Source of the DNA: Camelus dromedarius
Taxonomy: Eukaryota
Direction: 5' to 3'
DNA: 64,000 bases
Assembly (NCBI RefSeq): GCF_036321535.1
Contig: NC_087457.1
Coordinates: 31,930,001-31,994,000, forward strand
A program made the translations under genes and the position numbers. This document shows positions 9,721-26,179 of the stretch, one piece after another. The notes beneath the pieces were generated by a model. It was not told the origin of the DNA. It worked only from the letters and a program-made list of their open reading frames with translations, and searched no databases. Position 1 is the first letter of the stretch. Every line of letters begins with the position of its first letter.

Positions 9721-11310
9721 ATGGAGGCTGCTTCTCTCAACTGGGGTGATGCGTATCAGTTCAACGTCTTTCCAAAACTCAAATCTTCTCAGTCAGGTGC
9801 AGCTGGTGGTGATGTCCAGTGGGGACCCTCTCGACCTGAGAAGTCGTCCGCATCATCAGAGACAGCTTGCAACCAGCGCAGTGATCTTGCTCCTGTGTCA
9901 GCAGGGCTGGCTCCCGCCAAGAAACGTCTGAGTTGGAAGACCCCTTCCGTGGCGGGGGCTGGACTGCAGAACACGGGGAACACTTGCTACGTGAATGCAG
10001 CGCTGCAGTGTCTGACACACACGCCACCCCTGGCCAGCTCTATGCTGTCCCGGCAGCACTGGAAAGTCTGTCAGAAGCGGGCCTTCTGCATGGTGTGTGC
10101 TGTGCAAGCTCACGTGACCCGAGCCCTCCTTCATCCTGGAGAGGTGATCAAGCCCCGGCAGGACCTGGTCACCAGCTTCCACAGAGACCAGCAAGAAGAC
10201 GCCCATGAGTTTCTGATGTTCATGCTGAATGCCATGCAGCAGGTGTGCCTGAGCGGGTATGAGCTGTCAGATCGTCACTCTGAGGACACCTCCCTCGTCC
10301 CTCGCATCTTTGGAGGCTCCTGGAGATCTCAAATCCAGTGTCTCCACTGCCTAGGTGTTTCAGACACTTTTGACCCTTATCTAGACATCACCCTGGACAT
10401 CTCTGCAGCTCAGAGTGTGAACCAAGCTTTGAGAGAGTTGGTGAAGCCCGAACAGCTGGATGGTGAAAATTCCTACCACTGTAGTGTTTGTCTCAGGAAG
10501 GTGCCTGCTACCAAGAGGCTGACTTTGCACAGAGCCTCCAAGGTCCTCATCCTCGTGCTGAAAAGGTTCACAGATTTTACAGGCGGCAAAGTGGGTAAGA
10601 AAGTGTGCTACCCCGAGTGCCTTGACCTGAGCCCCTACATGTCTGAGCAGGAGGCAGGGCCCCTTGACTACGTGCTCTACGCCGTGCTGGTCCACTCGGG
10701 GTGGAGCTGTCACAGAGGACATTATTTCTGTTACGTCAAAGCTGGAAACGGCCAGTGGTACAGAATGGACGATGCCAAGGTAACCGCCTGTGACGGTACT
10801 TCTGCCCTGAGCCAAAGTGCCTATGTCCTCTTCTACGTCCAGAAGAGTGAGCTGGAGGGAGACAGCAAGGGAGTGTCCACAGGTCAGGAAGCAGCCTCCC
10901 TGGGGGCTGAGCCCACAGGCATGGCCGCCACCCACCAGGAGCCTGACAGAGACTCCAGTGTCAGAGTTCCTGGGTCAGAGGAGCAACTGGAGGACACAGA
11001 AACCCCAGAAGTCACCTTAGAGCAGTGGAGGTGCCTCCAAGAACTCAGCCGCCCTAAGCCTGAATTCACCCTCAGGAAGGTCGACTCTGACGTGCCCGCA
11101 GATGCAGTGGTGATTCACCAGTCGAAATATGGAGATAGGATGAGAATGAAACAGCCCGAACAGGACACCTACCAGCCCAGTCCTTCAGGCAGGGAGGCCT
11201 CAGCTCAGGGGCCAATAGTTATTGGCAGCATCCCTTGTCTCAGAGGGAAGCCCAGAGCCTCCAAGAAAAAGGGCAAGAAGAAGCAGAGGTCTGCGGGTGC
11301 CCTGCAGTAA
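9721..11310 (+). CDS. USP17L: Ubiquitin-specific peptidase 17-like (DUB/USP17L), single exon, 529 aa, catalytically intact
   Basis: Cys box GLQNTGNTCYVNAALQCL, QQEDAHEFL, His box VLVHSGWSCHRGHYF and WYRMDD are all present. The N-terminus (MEAASL...QFNVFPKL) and basic C-terminus fit USP17. The true start is the ATG at 9721, not the TTG at 9676. Confidence 0.95.
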   Translation: MEAASLNWGDAYQFNVFPKLKSSQSGAAGGDVQWGPSRPEKSSASSETACNQRSDLAPVSAGLAPAKKRLSWKTPSVAGAGLQNTGNTCYVNAALQCLTHTPPLASSMLSRQHWKVCQKRAFCMVCAVQAHVTRALLHPGEVIKPRQDLVTSFHRDQQEDAHEFLMFMLNAMQQVCLSGYELSDRHSEDTSLVPRIFGGSWRSQIQCLHCLGVSDTFDPYLDITLDISAAQSVNQALRELVKPEQLDGENSYHCSVCLRKVPATKRLTLHRASKVLILVLKRFTDFTGGKVGKKVCYPECLDLSPYMSEQEAGPLDYVLYAVLVHSGWSCHRGHYFCYVKAGNGQWYRMDDAKVTACDGTSALSQSAYVLFYVQKSELEGDSKGVSTGQEAASLGAEPTGMAATHQEPDRDSSVRVPGSEEQLEDTETPEVTLEQWRCLQELSRPKPEFTLRKVDSDVPADAVVIHQSKYGDRMRMKQPEQDTYQPSPSGREASAQGPIVIGSIPCLRGKPRASKKKGKKKQRSAGALQ

Positions 11311-11331
11311 GCTCTGAGGCGCATCCCTGCA

Positions 11332-11332
<1 letters not shown>

Positions 11333-11372
<40 letters not shown>
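11333..11372 (+). repeat. (AC)20 microsatellite just 3' of the USP17 stop
   Basis: Seen directly. Confidence 0.95.
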
Positions 11373-11376
<4 letters not shown>

Positions 11377-12689
11377 TTAGGGGTGAATAATCTGGACAGG
11401 GGAAGGGACTGTCTATCTGGAGTGTTCACGGGACGGGGTGTTCGGTGTCAACTTGTGACTGCTGAGCTCTGAGATGTGACTGTCCAGGCTGATGTCGCTG
11501 GGGAGGGTGAGATTCATTTCTGGGTCTGAGAAACCTCTGAGGACTTTCCACTTGTGCTGTGTTTGAAGAGTCATTTGCTGATGGGGTGTCTGTTTTTTGC
11601 AATTTTGATTCTCGTGAATCGTGCAGCCTGGAGGCGCCTCAGGTGCGCTCACGTCCACCCAGGCAAGGACAGTGTTTTCTTACCAGTTCTGGAAGCCCAG
11701 GCACCTCCCCTGCCTGCTGGCGCCCGCCTCCCCTGGGTCAGGCTCGCACAGAGAAGTCCACACATTCTGGGGACTGAGAGCTTTAGGTGGGAAATGGGCC
11801 ACCAGGTTTTGCAGGGTGGAAATCGTTCTGAGGATTTGGACCACCTGAGAACATGCCTGACAGTAATGACCAGGTTATCCATTCCTCACTTGACCTTTAC
11901 AATAACAAGGACACTTGTCCAAAGATATCTGTGGCTTGACTTCCATTAGACAAGATGTGTTGAAAACTATACAGATGCCAAACAACAGGAAAAAGGATTA
12001 AACACATCTGCAGGAATAAACCGCAAAGCACCTTGGACCTGATGAGCAGAGGACAGGTGTCAGCGGGGAGACTTTTCAAGAAGCTTGATTTGAGTCCCAA
12101 GGTAAAATGCAGAATGAAAGTGTTTATTGATAAATGTGCATGTTTTTACTCCCAGAAAATATAAATTGTTGAAAGTATGTATGTGTATTAAAATCCGTAA
12201 TTGCTTGGAAATGTGATTAACAGAGTACTACGTGTTTTTCAGGATGAGACTGGATCCAGTGTGATAGATCGCGTTGATGACCTGACATTGCTTAAGGGTG
12301 GCCTGCCCTGGAGAAGGAACTGGGAAGGAAAGTTTCCTGCAGTCGAAGCCTCAGGCTTCCTGGAAGCTGCATCGTGTCCAGCAGAGCTGGGAAGCACCCA
12401 CCTATCTGAGATCTGCTGACACCCAGAAGGATGGCTGAGAGGTTTCAGGTTGGTTTCCACTAAATTTTGGTCCTTGATTCTTACCTGAGAAAGGTAGTCT
12501 AACTGGAGAAATAGTTCGCGATGTGGCTTTACATGTCGAGTACGGATTCTTTAACTTGCAGTCATGTTTCTTAGGAGAGAGGATGATAAAACCCACCCTG
12601 TCAATTACTAAATGGTGGTTCAAATTCGTCTGGTTTGTAAGGGGCAGTGTCTGAGCGGTTATGGAACCTGGTGGTTTGCCAAATGCATT

Positions 12690-12990
12690 TAGAGGCTAAA
12701 TAATTTATTTTTCATGCTTTGTTCAAACATAGAAATTTCACACTTATTAGAAAATATTTAAAAAGTGGGTGTTGAAGAAAACTGATTAAAACAGTCCACA
12801 CCCTCAACAGTGTAGCCCCCAGGCTCAGAGAAAGAAAACAGTTTTCTAGGTTAAGTTGTAGTTGAAAATTGCCTCTCCTCATGTCAAATGGGATTCTTTG
12901 AATTTTGAGGAGGAAACATTTTTTATTTCAGATTTTCAAATATCATAACCAGAGGTTAGATGTCGAATTCTCACATCACCCTTTTATTTT
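12690..12990. repeat. FAM90A-upstream element, copy C (inverted relative to A and B)
   Basis: ttgaaaattgcctctcctcatgtcaaatggga matches the reverse complement of ~2150-2180 (ttgaaaattgcctcctctgatggcaaatggga); ttttcaaat follows in register. Confidence 0.65.
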
Positions 12991-13311
12991 GTGTGTCACA
13001 TGACCGGTTATCCATCTTTCTCTGATACTGCCTGTTGTGATAACCTTCACAGAGCCTCAAAATCCAGTCTTCCATGAGTGAAAATTGACATTCAGCCTTA
13101 ATAGACAGTCATCTGTCTTGTCTTTGCGGGGTTCCACTCTGGGAAGGGTACCCTTGCAGAGCATGGTAAATGTCTCATCATGTGACACCACTGGGTGTAA
13201 AGAAGGAAATGGTTATTGGTTTGATCAGTGGTCACTATCTCCACTTGGAGGAGAGGGTGCAGAAGGGACAGTCTGTGTGTTTATGTGACATCATTTTCCT
13301 TTTCATGATTC

Positions 13312-15560
13312 AGGATCTCTGAGATGAATGCCTGAGGCAGCCTGCCCTCGCGCTCCCAGGAGATGAGGCAGATGGCAGGCGGATACAGCAGACCTGCAGG
13401 TGAGGATGCCACATAGGGGCAGCAGGGGCCCTTGGGGGAGGGAGGCCCCTGGGTGGGCAGAGGCACGACTCCGCCCTGCAGGTCCCCTGGGGGAGCCGAC
13501 TGTAGTTCCTGCTGATTCACTGAGCGCCTGTTCTTCCAAGCACAGGGGCAGGCGAGGACTGGACCTGCGAAGTCCCCGATGGGGCCCTCCTCCCCCAGCC
13601 CTCGGGTCCAGTAAAGAGGAGACCCAAGGCCATAAGGTCATCGGAATGCAGGATCCTTTAACCAGACTGGAAGGAGGAACTCAGCAACGGTGAGCAGTGT
13701 GGAAGGGTTAGCATGTCCTAGTTTACTAAGACCCCAGAGAGGTGCCCTGTCTCTCCACCCCTATGCCACATGCACGGCCATCTCCAGGTAAGGACAGGCA
13801 GCCACGAGAGAAACATGCAAGGCATCTTGGTGCTCCCTGGGTCCACATCCTACCCTTGGAGAACCCCTAAGGGGAGAGAGCTGTTTCCATCTGGGAACTT
13901 GGCGCAGGACAGCAACAAAAACAATAGAACTAATGAATGGGGAAACCTGGGGAACTACCCGGAGTTGACGGGTGGATCTGAGATGAGGGGAGGGCAGTTG
14001 GGGCAAAGTTCACAGCACTTCAGTGTCCCCACACCCTAAACACCGAGTAAGACTGAGCCCCGGGATGCTTATCCGTACTGGGGACAGGGCACTGGGGCAC
14101 ATCCACTCATGGTGCTTTTTTTTTGCAGGCAGGAAAAGCAGCTGAGGAGGCCTTGTGATCCAGAAATAGACACAAGGAGACGCCGAGGGAGAAGGCAACA
14201 GAGCTGAAGGAGCCGACGGCATCAGGCGACTCTGACGGTGGGTCTCTGCTCGGTACCGGAGCCGTGTCCCCTCTGGGGAGCCTGCAATTGCTTCACCCAA
14301 ATGTGCATTTCCTAACGTTTCCTTCTGTCCCAGTGACTCCAGATTATTCGTGATCTTCAGCTGCCAACTTTCCTTCAATTATGTGTGTTCATGTGGTTAC
14401 TCGCAGGTCTGTCAATAGCCTGCTATTGGGGGCATATGGAATTGATTTAATCCGATGCCTCCACAACTGAGACTCAAAGGCAAGAATATCGTTTAAATTG
14501 TAATGAATATTCCCAAATCGTCCATCACACACATTAGCCATTAAACTGCCTTAAGAACAGCATTCGCTCCGACACTCCCCGAGGACTGAATGAAAATGCT
14601 CATTTCCCTTTAATTAACAAGAGACTGTATTTTAAAACATTTTATTTTCCAGTTTGGTGAGAATTATAAGAAGTTGATACTGTAATCTATTGTTTCCTCC
14701 TCATCACTGGGTTGGGTTTCTTTTCATATTACAATGAATTAAAACATACTAATTTTACTGTTAAATTTATTTTTTATGCTCCAAGCCCTTTAATTCGACT
14801 GATTTCCATTTTCCATTTGGTTGAGACCAATCTTAACACATATTCTGTGTGTGGTGTCCTGTCTTACAGCGCCCGCAGACCAGTGCCCATGCAAACACCG
14901 AGGAGACACTGTCCCAGACTGTGCTCACAGGCCGGCCACCTCCCACGGAATCTGCCCTGGGGTGGTCGTGGAGTGGAAATCACTGACTCCCCAGCCCACC
15001 GTCCTGTGCTTTGTCCAGGACCCTCCCTCACTGTCCAGCCCACAGACAGCAGACCTGATGTTGGCTCCCATGATTTCCCCAGACTGCCACCAACATACTT
15101 GGCCCCAGCCCTGCCCTCACACCCCAGGTCCAAGCCAAGTACCTGATTTGAAGTCAAAGCCAAGCCCCCATCTTGCCCCCGCCAGACTGAGCCAGGACTC
15201 CAAGCTCTGCATCCTGGCACCAGGTGAGGGATCTGCCTGGGTCCCCATCCACAATGCCAGAATCCCTCAAAAGGCCCTTTCCAGACCCTCAGAAAAGCAC
15301 TCAGAGGCCAGTTCAGGGAGGCTGTCCAGACTTTGTGGTCTCTGCTCAGCAGATGGACGTGGACGCAGGACATTGCCAGGTGACCTGAAGGATGCCTGCT
15401 CAGATGGCCAGCACTGACCTCCAGTGAGCGGACCTGATGACTGCCCAGGCCGGCGGGCTCCCCATCCTCCCCACCACCCAGCCTCGTTCCAGGCGAGCCC
15501 CTAGTGGTCTGTGCTAGGTTGACTCAAATGACTCTGAAGGACACTGTCTCTGTCCCATCG
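13312..15560 (+). pseudogene. Degenerate FAM90A paralog: exon remnants ~13312-13412, 13546-13689, 14129-14237, 14870-~15560
   Basis: Donor gtgagcagtgtgg (13690) is identical to the FAM90A donor at 924. Intron 13690-14128 (439 nt) is colinear with FAM90A intron 924-484 (441 nt). The 109-nt exon reads QEKQLRR...RRQQS* (TGA 14205). The last exon has RPVPMQTPRR and LSQDSKL...PG...PI...PQK. The zinc knuckle is deleted and there are frameshifts. Confidence 0.75.
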
Positions 15561-15755
15561 CTTTTCTCTGGGATGACTTTGTGCAGTCACTGGAGTGAGA
15601 AACTCTCCAGTAGCTGAGGCTCGACGTTCAGTCTCAAATACCTGGAGGAGACAGCGGACTGAGCAGGCGGAAGCACGGCAGCAGGCTCCGTCGGATGAAC
15701 AGGACTCCCCAGCCCCGGTGCACATGCAGAGAAGGACCCCTGTGCCACCCTGGGA

Positions 15756-15756
<1 letters not shown>

Positions 15757-15792
<36 letters not shown>
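15757..15792 (+). repeat. (AC)18 microsatellite
   Basis: Seen directly. Confidence 0.95.
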
Positions 15793-15794
<2 letters not shown>

Positions 15795-17099
15795 CCTGTT
15801 CTGACTACGTCCCTTTCGGGTGAATTCAAGATGGAATGTATGAAACTGGCATAGGGGAGGTTTTTAATTCAGTTAATTGTGTAATAAGCTGAGTAAAACT
15901 GGCATAAGTATTTAATTATAACTAAGGAGCTGTGAAATTAATCTGAACTTTGGGAAACTCTGGTTAAACTGAGCTCCGGGCTCTGTATCTTCTGAGAACT
16001 GCCCTGTCCTGACACAGAGTTCTGTTTCTGTGTGTTTTATAGAAACCAGTGCTTTTTAAAATTCAGTCTCACTGTAGAGTTGTGTTTTTAAAGCGTCTTT
16101 CAATGTTAATAAACCCTCAAAATATGACATATTGTGCCTACTTTTATTTCTAGACACCACTGGTCAATTTTATATTACTTTAATTTCTAAAGCCGCTACT
16201 CCTGATGTAAAGGTGGAACTCGGCCCTGAGGCTTACTAGAAATGCAGTCCCTTGGGTATCCAGAGCTCAACTGTCAGACACAGGGCTGGAGTCTCCCTGG
16301 TGGATTACACTAGATACCTGATCCTGTCCCCGTGACCCACTGGGCCAGTCAAGGTCCCTGCTGTGTCACCACCAGGCGTGGATGGAGACAGCCGGTTGGT
16401 GGGAAGCTGCGATGAGCCGTGTGGGAGGAGCTGCCGAGGAAGGCGAGACCCAGAGCACGGCTGCATCTCACCCACACGCCGTGGACTGCAGACTCAGATC
16501 TGTGTTCACAGCCACAGAAGGAAAACCAGAACTTCAGCAATGTACGAGATGTTTCAGCAACAGGGTTTACTGTTGAAGTATTTACAATTAATCATCCATC
16601 GACAAAGTTTTAATTTCTTAACAAAATTCTGCATTCAGTATTCCTACATCTTCACTATCTTGCATTCATAGGTCAGATTTTCCCTGTTAATAGTTTTCTC
16701 AAAATTCTCATTTGCTGAATTTTATGTTAAAAGGCTCTTTTAACATATTGATCACCCACTGTGGATCGGGTGCCCCTGAGGAAACCCAACTGTCACCCAG
16801 ATTTGGGTGACATGGTGACCAATGCTACAGGTTTCCCCCTTCCCCTGGCCCCTCAAACTTAATTTTCTAAACGTGGAATCTAGAGGTTTTCTCCACTTTA
16901 ATTTTAGGATCACTGTCTGCTCGCTGTGAGAACCTTAAAGTTGATTATGAAAAGAGAGATCACCAAAGACTTCCCTTCCTTCATGACGCGCGTACGGGGA
17001 ATCCACACGCGCACCACCCAGGCACGGGCACCCCCGGTGCTGCTCTGGGAACTAAGGGCTTCTCATGGACTCACTTCTCCAGGACGAGTTACCTGGTAC

Positions 17100-17624
17100 T
17101 CCGCAAGAGCCTTCGTCCTCACAGCCTGTTTCAGTCGTTGTTAAACTCAGCGGTTATTCCTCCACCGAGTTTCTTGCGCACGTCAAGCCCGTGCCTGGCT
17201 GAATGCTGGCCCCAGTGAGTACAGACCTAGGTTCTCCCAAGTGGAGCTTGCTCAAGCTGTTTAACTGCGAGTTGTACATGAAAGCACGTCCACCGTGATT
17301 GCAGGCCTGGGTTCTCCACGGCGCAAGCCCTCCAGCGTGTTTTCAGCTTAGAGCGCTCGCTAGAGGCTTCTACTTCCTCACATTTTCAGCATGAGTTCTC
17401 TCGCGTCATCTCTGCTCAGAACACCGACTGAAGGCTTCACCACACCGATGTCATACGTATGGATTCTCTCTCACATACACTTGCACACGTCAAATTCAGT
17501 AAGGATGACTGAAGCCTCTTCCACATTGATTAGTGTTTCTTCGATGTGTGAGTCCTCCGGTGCATTTAAATGTTAAAGCTATGGTGGCAGTCTTGTCCAC
17601 ATTCACTACCTTTATGACAGCACG
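17100..17624 (-). other. Decayed C2H2 zinc-finger repeats downstream of the ZNF stop codon
   Basis: Reverse strand reads ECGQDCHHSFNI*MHRRTHT, QCGRGFS, ENPYV*HRCGEAFSRCSEQR*RERTH, with stops and frameshifts. Confidence 0.6.
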
Positions 17625-21850
<4,226 letters not shown>

Positions 21851-24439
21851 CGTCAGTAACTCGGCTACCAGCGGTCTTTCTCCAGGTTTTCACTCGCAGA
21901 CAGTCCAAGCATTAAGCAGGCAAAGCTGAGGACAGTGAAAGAAGCCATGAGACTCCTGCCTTGCGCACAACTTGCAGACCAACATTCCGTGAAGCTCCAG
22001 CCTTCACCTGGGCATGGCGCCCGGCCTAACCAGCAAGCACGCGGTGCGCTCCAGGAGAAGCGCACAGAGGGCTCTCCTCCTCTCCCGGGGTCCAAAGTAG
22101 GACGGCGGTAACTACAGCCGCTAACAAAACACAGGAATACAGGCAGCTTACGGGCAGCAACACCGAGCGCGCTGAGCTTTACACCGCAGGTGGACTGGCC
22201 CACGGCGCCTGGAGCCACTCAGGTCCCTCCCTGATTCGGAACCGTAGTGATGCCGGGCGCGTGCCACGGGTAGGCTCTGGCTCCCTCCTGTAGGTAACCA
22301 CGGAATTCCTCAGACCACTTCTCCTGCCCTAGGTAAGAACTTCAGAGAGGCCACCACTAGCCCCTTGTCAGACGCTAGACTGCCCATCAGCTCCAGGAAC
22401 CACAGAGCCGTCAGCCTGGACAGGTTCACCCTCTGTCTGCCACTGAAGGCAGGACCAGGTCCAGGTCAAGGTTGTGCTAGAACAGCAGTGGAGAGAAGTC
22501 ACATTCCTCAAAGAGCCACGACTTTGAAATTTCAGGGTTGTGCAGCCCCAGACTTGCAGGGGTTGGGGAAGTCTGGAGACTGGGCTTCCTCAAGGATATA
22601 ACACGCAGCTGGAGTTTAGTCTGGTGAGGGCACCTCTCCCCAGCTTCCTTGACTAAAGCTAGAATGATCTCAGAACTCTTCATGCTTCCGATCAGGCATC
22701 GCCCCCTCCACTCAAGGATGGAAACCAGATCCCAAGTATCTTTGAAAGAGATGCCTTACAACAGTGGCCTCTCTCTGCAACACCCAGACATTCCAGTGAG
22801 CAAAGGACCAAAATCAACTGCCTTCAACTTGAATCAGGGAGTGGAATGATTCATATTCAAGGCCCTTAGGCAATATCAAAGCTCCACTAAGCCATTATAT
22901 ATGCCCCCTCCAAGGTCCTCAGTGTGCGTTCTGTGTAGGAACTGGTTTACAGTAGAGAACCTGACACATCTATGCAAACAGAATCCATACGTACCCTGCA
23001 AAGTGTCAGGCATACGTCTCCACAGTGCACCATGTTCAGCTAGCATCTTCCAAAGCTTACAAACCCTGCAGAGGGAGAAAACTGACTTTCATCTCCAAAC
23101 CCGAGGCCAGCCCACGGTTTCAGCTCTGAGCCCTTGCTCGCCTCCTCCATGACCACAAGGCCAGAAGATGGTTGGATGTCCTGCTTCAGCTGTGCCCTAA
23201 GCCCTTATCCCAGTGTTTTCCCTGTTAGGGCGCTTGGACTGAGCCCTGTGCCCCACACCCCTCAAACATCTGCCTCTACCTTGAGCTTGGAGGGACCCGA
23301 GGTACCTGCTCTTCAGAAAGTGAGAACAGCCCTCCCCCGGACACGGGCCCATACCTGGAGATTTGAATCCCCTCTGTAAAACACGAGAAGGAGGCTGTCT
23401 TCGGCATCACAGAGACAGGCGGTGACAGGGTGGTCCTCAAGCTCTGCTCTCTGCCTGTTGTGTGCGTGCACCGTGAGGAGGAGCTGGAATCCTCTAGGGT
23501 GAGTGGAGGGGGCTGAGGATCTAGAGGGTGATTTAAATGTCTGGGGCGTGATAGCTGGATTCTGGGCCCTGTTTCCTTTTGTGAGTTTCCTCTGGGAGTC
23601 ACAATAATCTCAAGTATTTAACTCGTATTTTCCAGAACATCACATTAAACTATCAAAATACATATTAAGAAGACCTAATTAGTAGCACTGGAAAACATGA
23701 GGTGGTCAGTAATGCAAAAGGTTCAGCAATTTATTCACGAAGAACAGCAGGGTTCTCTTCCAACTAATTCTGAGGACAGTCCAGCTCACCCTGGATCATT
23801 TTCAGAGACACCGTAAAGGGAATATATACTTGGTTGGAAACTTCAGTTCACAGCCCACTCAGTTAAGAGATCATATAAGGGCAGAAAGATGTTGAATATC
23901 GGACTGGTTTATCTAGGTTTTGATTGTTAATATAAAAAATTACCAATATCCTTACCAAGAACACACTGAAATAGTGTAAAATTATTTACTAAGCACTAAA
24001 GAATATTTTCAATACTTGATAAAGACTGGAAAACCACTGAGACCTCATCAGAATCTGCCACAATACAAGTAAAAGGGAATGTAAGCTGGAAATTTACAAA
24101 CAAAACTAATGAATCTGGGACCCACCCTTCCTTTGCCGGCAGCTCCTGCCGCTCATACCCCCTCCTCCTACTCTGTCCTGCTCCCCTCTCTGCTGATCCT
24201 CCTTCTATTTTCATTTACACCCCTGCTTCTTGCCCAGGTCACTCTCCTTCACTCTCACTGTCTTTCCAAGCCCATGGGATCCACTTCCCCATCTTCAATT
24301 TACCCCTGCTTTCTCTGTCTCACTCTGTCTCCCTGGTTCTCCCTTGACCTCTCTTTCCCCTTCCACCCCTGCCCCACCTCCGCATTCACAGGCCTAGAAT
24401 GAATACGCTCCAGCCCTGGAAGAGCACACTTCCCAGTGG

Positions 24440-25240
24440 GACGTCACTGGGAAGGTAAACACACCCTGGCAGGCACAGCCGTGACAGGGGATTTGGGGCC
24501 CTGGAGTGTCGCAGGACGCGGGCGGGTAAACGCCCCAGCACGGGGCTCGGGGGCCTCTCTGAGGGCGCGACTGGGAAGGGGAGGCCGGCGGGCAGCAGGG
24601 CTGGCTCAGGAATGACGCGAGGATGGGCGGGAGACTCAGGACAGGACTGGGGTCGGCAGAGCCGGAGGAGGAGGCGGCGCGGCGACCCGACGCCGCCCCC
24701 AAGGGTCGGAGAATACACCGCTCTGGGAGAGGGGGCCTGACGCGGCGCGGGGTGGGGAGCGGAGACGGTGAGAAGAACCAGGGCGGGAAGGTGGGAGCGG
24801 GGACCGGCCACGCAGCGATTTTACCGGAGACAGACGCGGGTCCGGGCCCGGCAGCACAGCGCCTCCCGACTAGGCGGGGATCCCCATGGGCGGGGCTGGC
24901 GCGGGCGGGGGCTGTAAGGTCCCCGGGGCCGCGGACGCCGGGGGTGGAGGACGCGGGGCTGGGGGCATCGACGCGCGACTCTGAAGGAGAAATACTGAAA
25001 CTCACTCCCGGAGACGGGACTCACTCCCGGAAACTGCTTCCGGGTAGGCAGGAAACGGAGAGCTCGAGTGGGGCGGGGCCTGGTGGGTGTGGGCGTGGCA
25101 CCCCCGCCCCACCCCCGGGGCGTTTCCGGTCCGGAAGTGCCGCCGCCCGTGGAAGTGGAGTCTCCCGTCTCCCGCCGCGCCCGCGGGAGCCTGTTGGGCG
25201 TCCGCCCTCCTTCAGGTTAAACGTTGACGCTGCTTTAATG
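24440..25240. promoter_or_regulatory. CpG island, probable promoter and first non-coding exon of the KRAB-ZNF
   Basis: High GC and CpG density; ETS/GABP motif CCGGAAGT at 25131-25138 with neighbouring TTCCGG motifs; minus-strand GTGAGT donors at 25005 and 25024. Confidence 0.75.
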
Positions 25241-25800
25241 TAAAAGCTTGGAGTTGTGAGGCCACTTATATTGAATGCGGAGATCTTTCCTTCTCAAAAC
25301 ATGGAAAAGATTTAAGTCCAAAACCCTTTTGAGGAGCGTGTCACACGGGTCCTGTGACACCGTTAGGACAAGTGTGAGGGACGCCCTGCGCCTTGTGAGA
25401 CGAGGAAGAGGGAGCTCGGCGTCTGTCTGTCCAGGCAGGACGAAGAAGCGCGGCTTGCTCACGGCGGGACAGAGCGCCTGCAAGTCCGAAGGCCTCAGAA
25501 TGAAGCCTGCCCTGCCAGCACCTCGGCCCTGGACCTCCCCGACTCCAGGGCTGAGCCGCCTGGTCTGTGGTATTTGGCTGTGGCAGCACGAACTAAGACA
25601 GATTTCCATAGTGAATAAAGACCTGGGTCATTCCACCAGGTGAGGAACCACGACCAGGTGCTGGCTGACGGGAAAGGATCGTAGAGCCAACAGCGGAAGA
25701 GGTAGGTTTACATCCCAGCTGTGGCCCTGTGACCAGTTACAGCCGTGACTGTGTGGTTGTTACGAGTGCTTCCTCCTTATTCCGTTATGATGTGTGTGTA

Positions 25801-25998
25801 CAGTTGACCCCTAAACATCGTGGGGGTGAGGGGCGCCAACCCCCTGCACAGTCAGAAATCGCTCCTCCAAGTCTAGGGTTCCACATCAGAGGTTTTAGCC
25901 AATCGCGGGTCGCGTAGTACTGTAGTATGTATTTATTGGGAAAAAAATCTGCATGTAAGTGGACTTGCTCAGTTCAAATGCTGTTCAGGGGTCAGTTG
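25801..25998. mobile_element. Tigger2-type (TcMar) non-autonomous DNA transposon
   Basis: Terminal inverted repeats cagttgacccctaaaca ... tgttcaggggtcagttg, preceded by TA. Confidence 0.75.
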
Positions 25999-26179
25999 TT
26001 TATGGCGAGTGACTGTTTTCTTCAGTCTCTTCCCTCATGTAATTTAAGATGTATTGACTTTATGTCATAGTACTTAAGCACTGTTAATTTTACATCATAA
26101 TATTTAAATCATAGGATGTCAAGGAGAAGAGTAAACCTCACTCAAGGATTTCACATCCGCTGCAGAGGGAGCTTGTGTG

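Noticed and set aside
24394-25643. Long GC-rich ORFs across the CpG island (203, 206, 122 aa)
   Set aside because: Low-complexity G/R/P/A translations expected from stop-poor GC-rich DNA; no recognisable domain.
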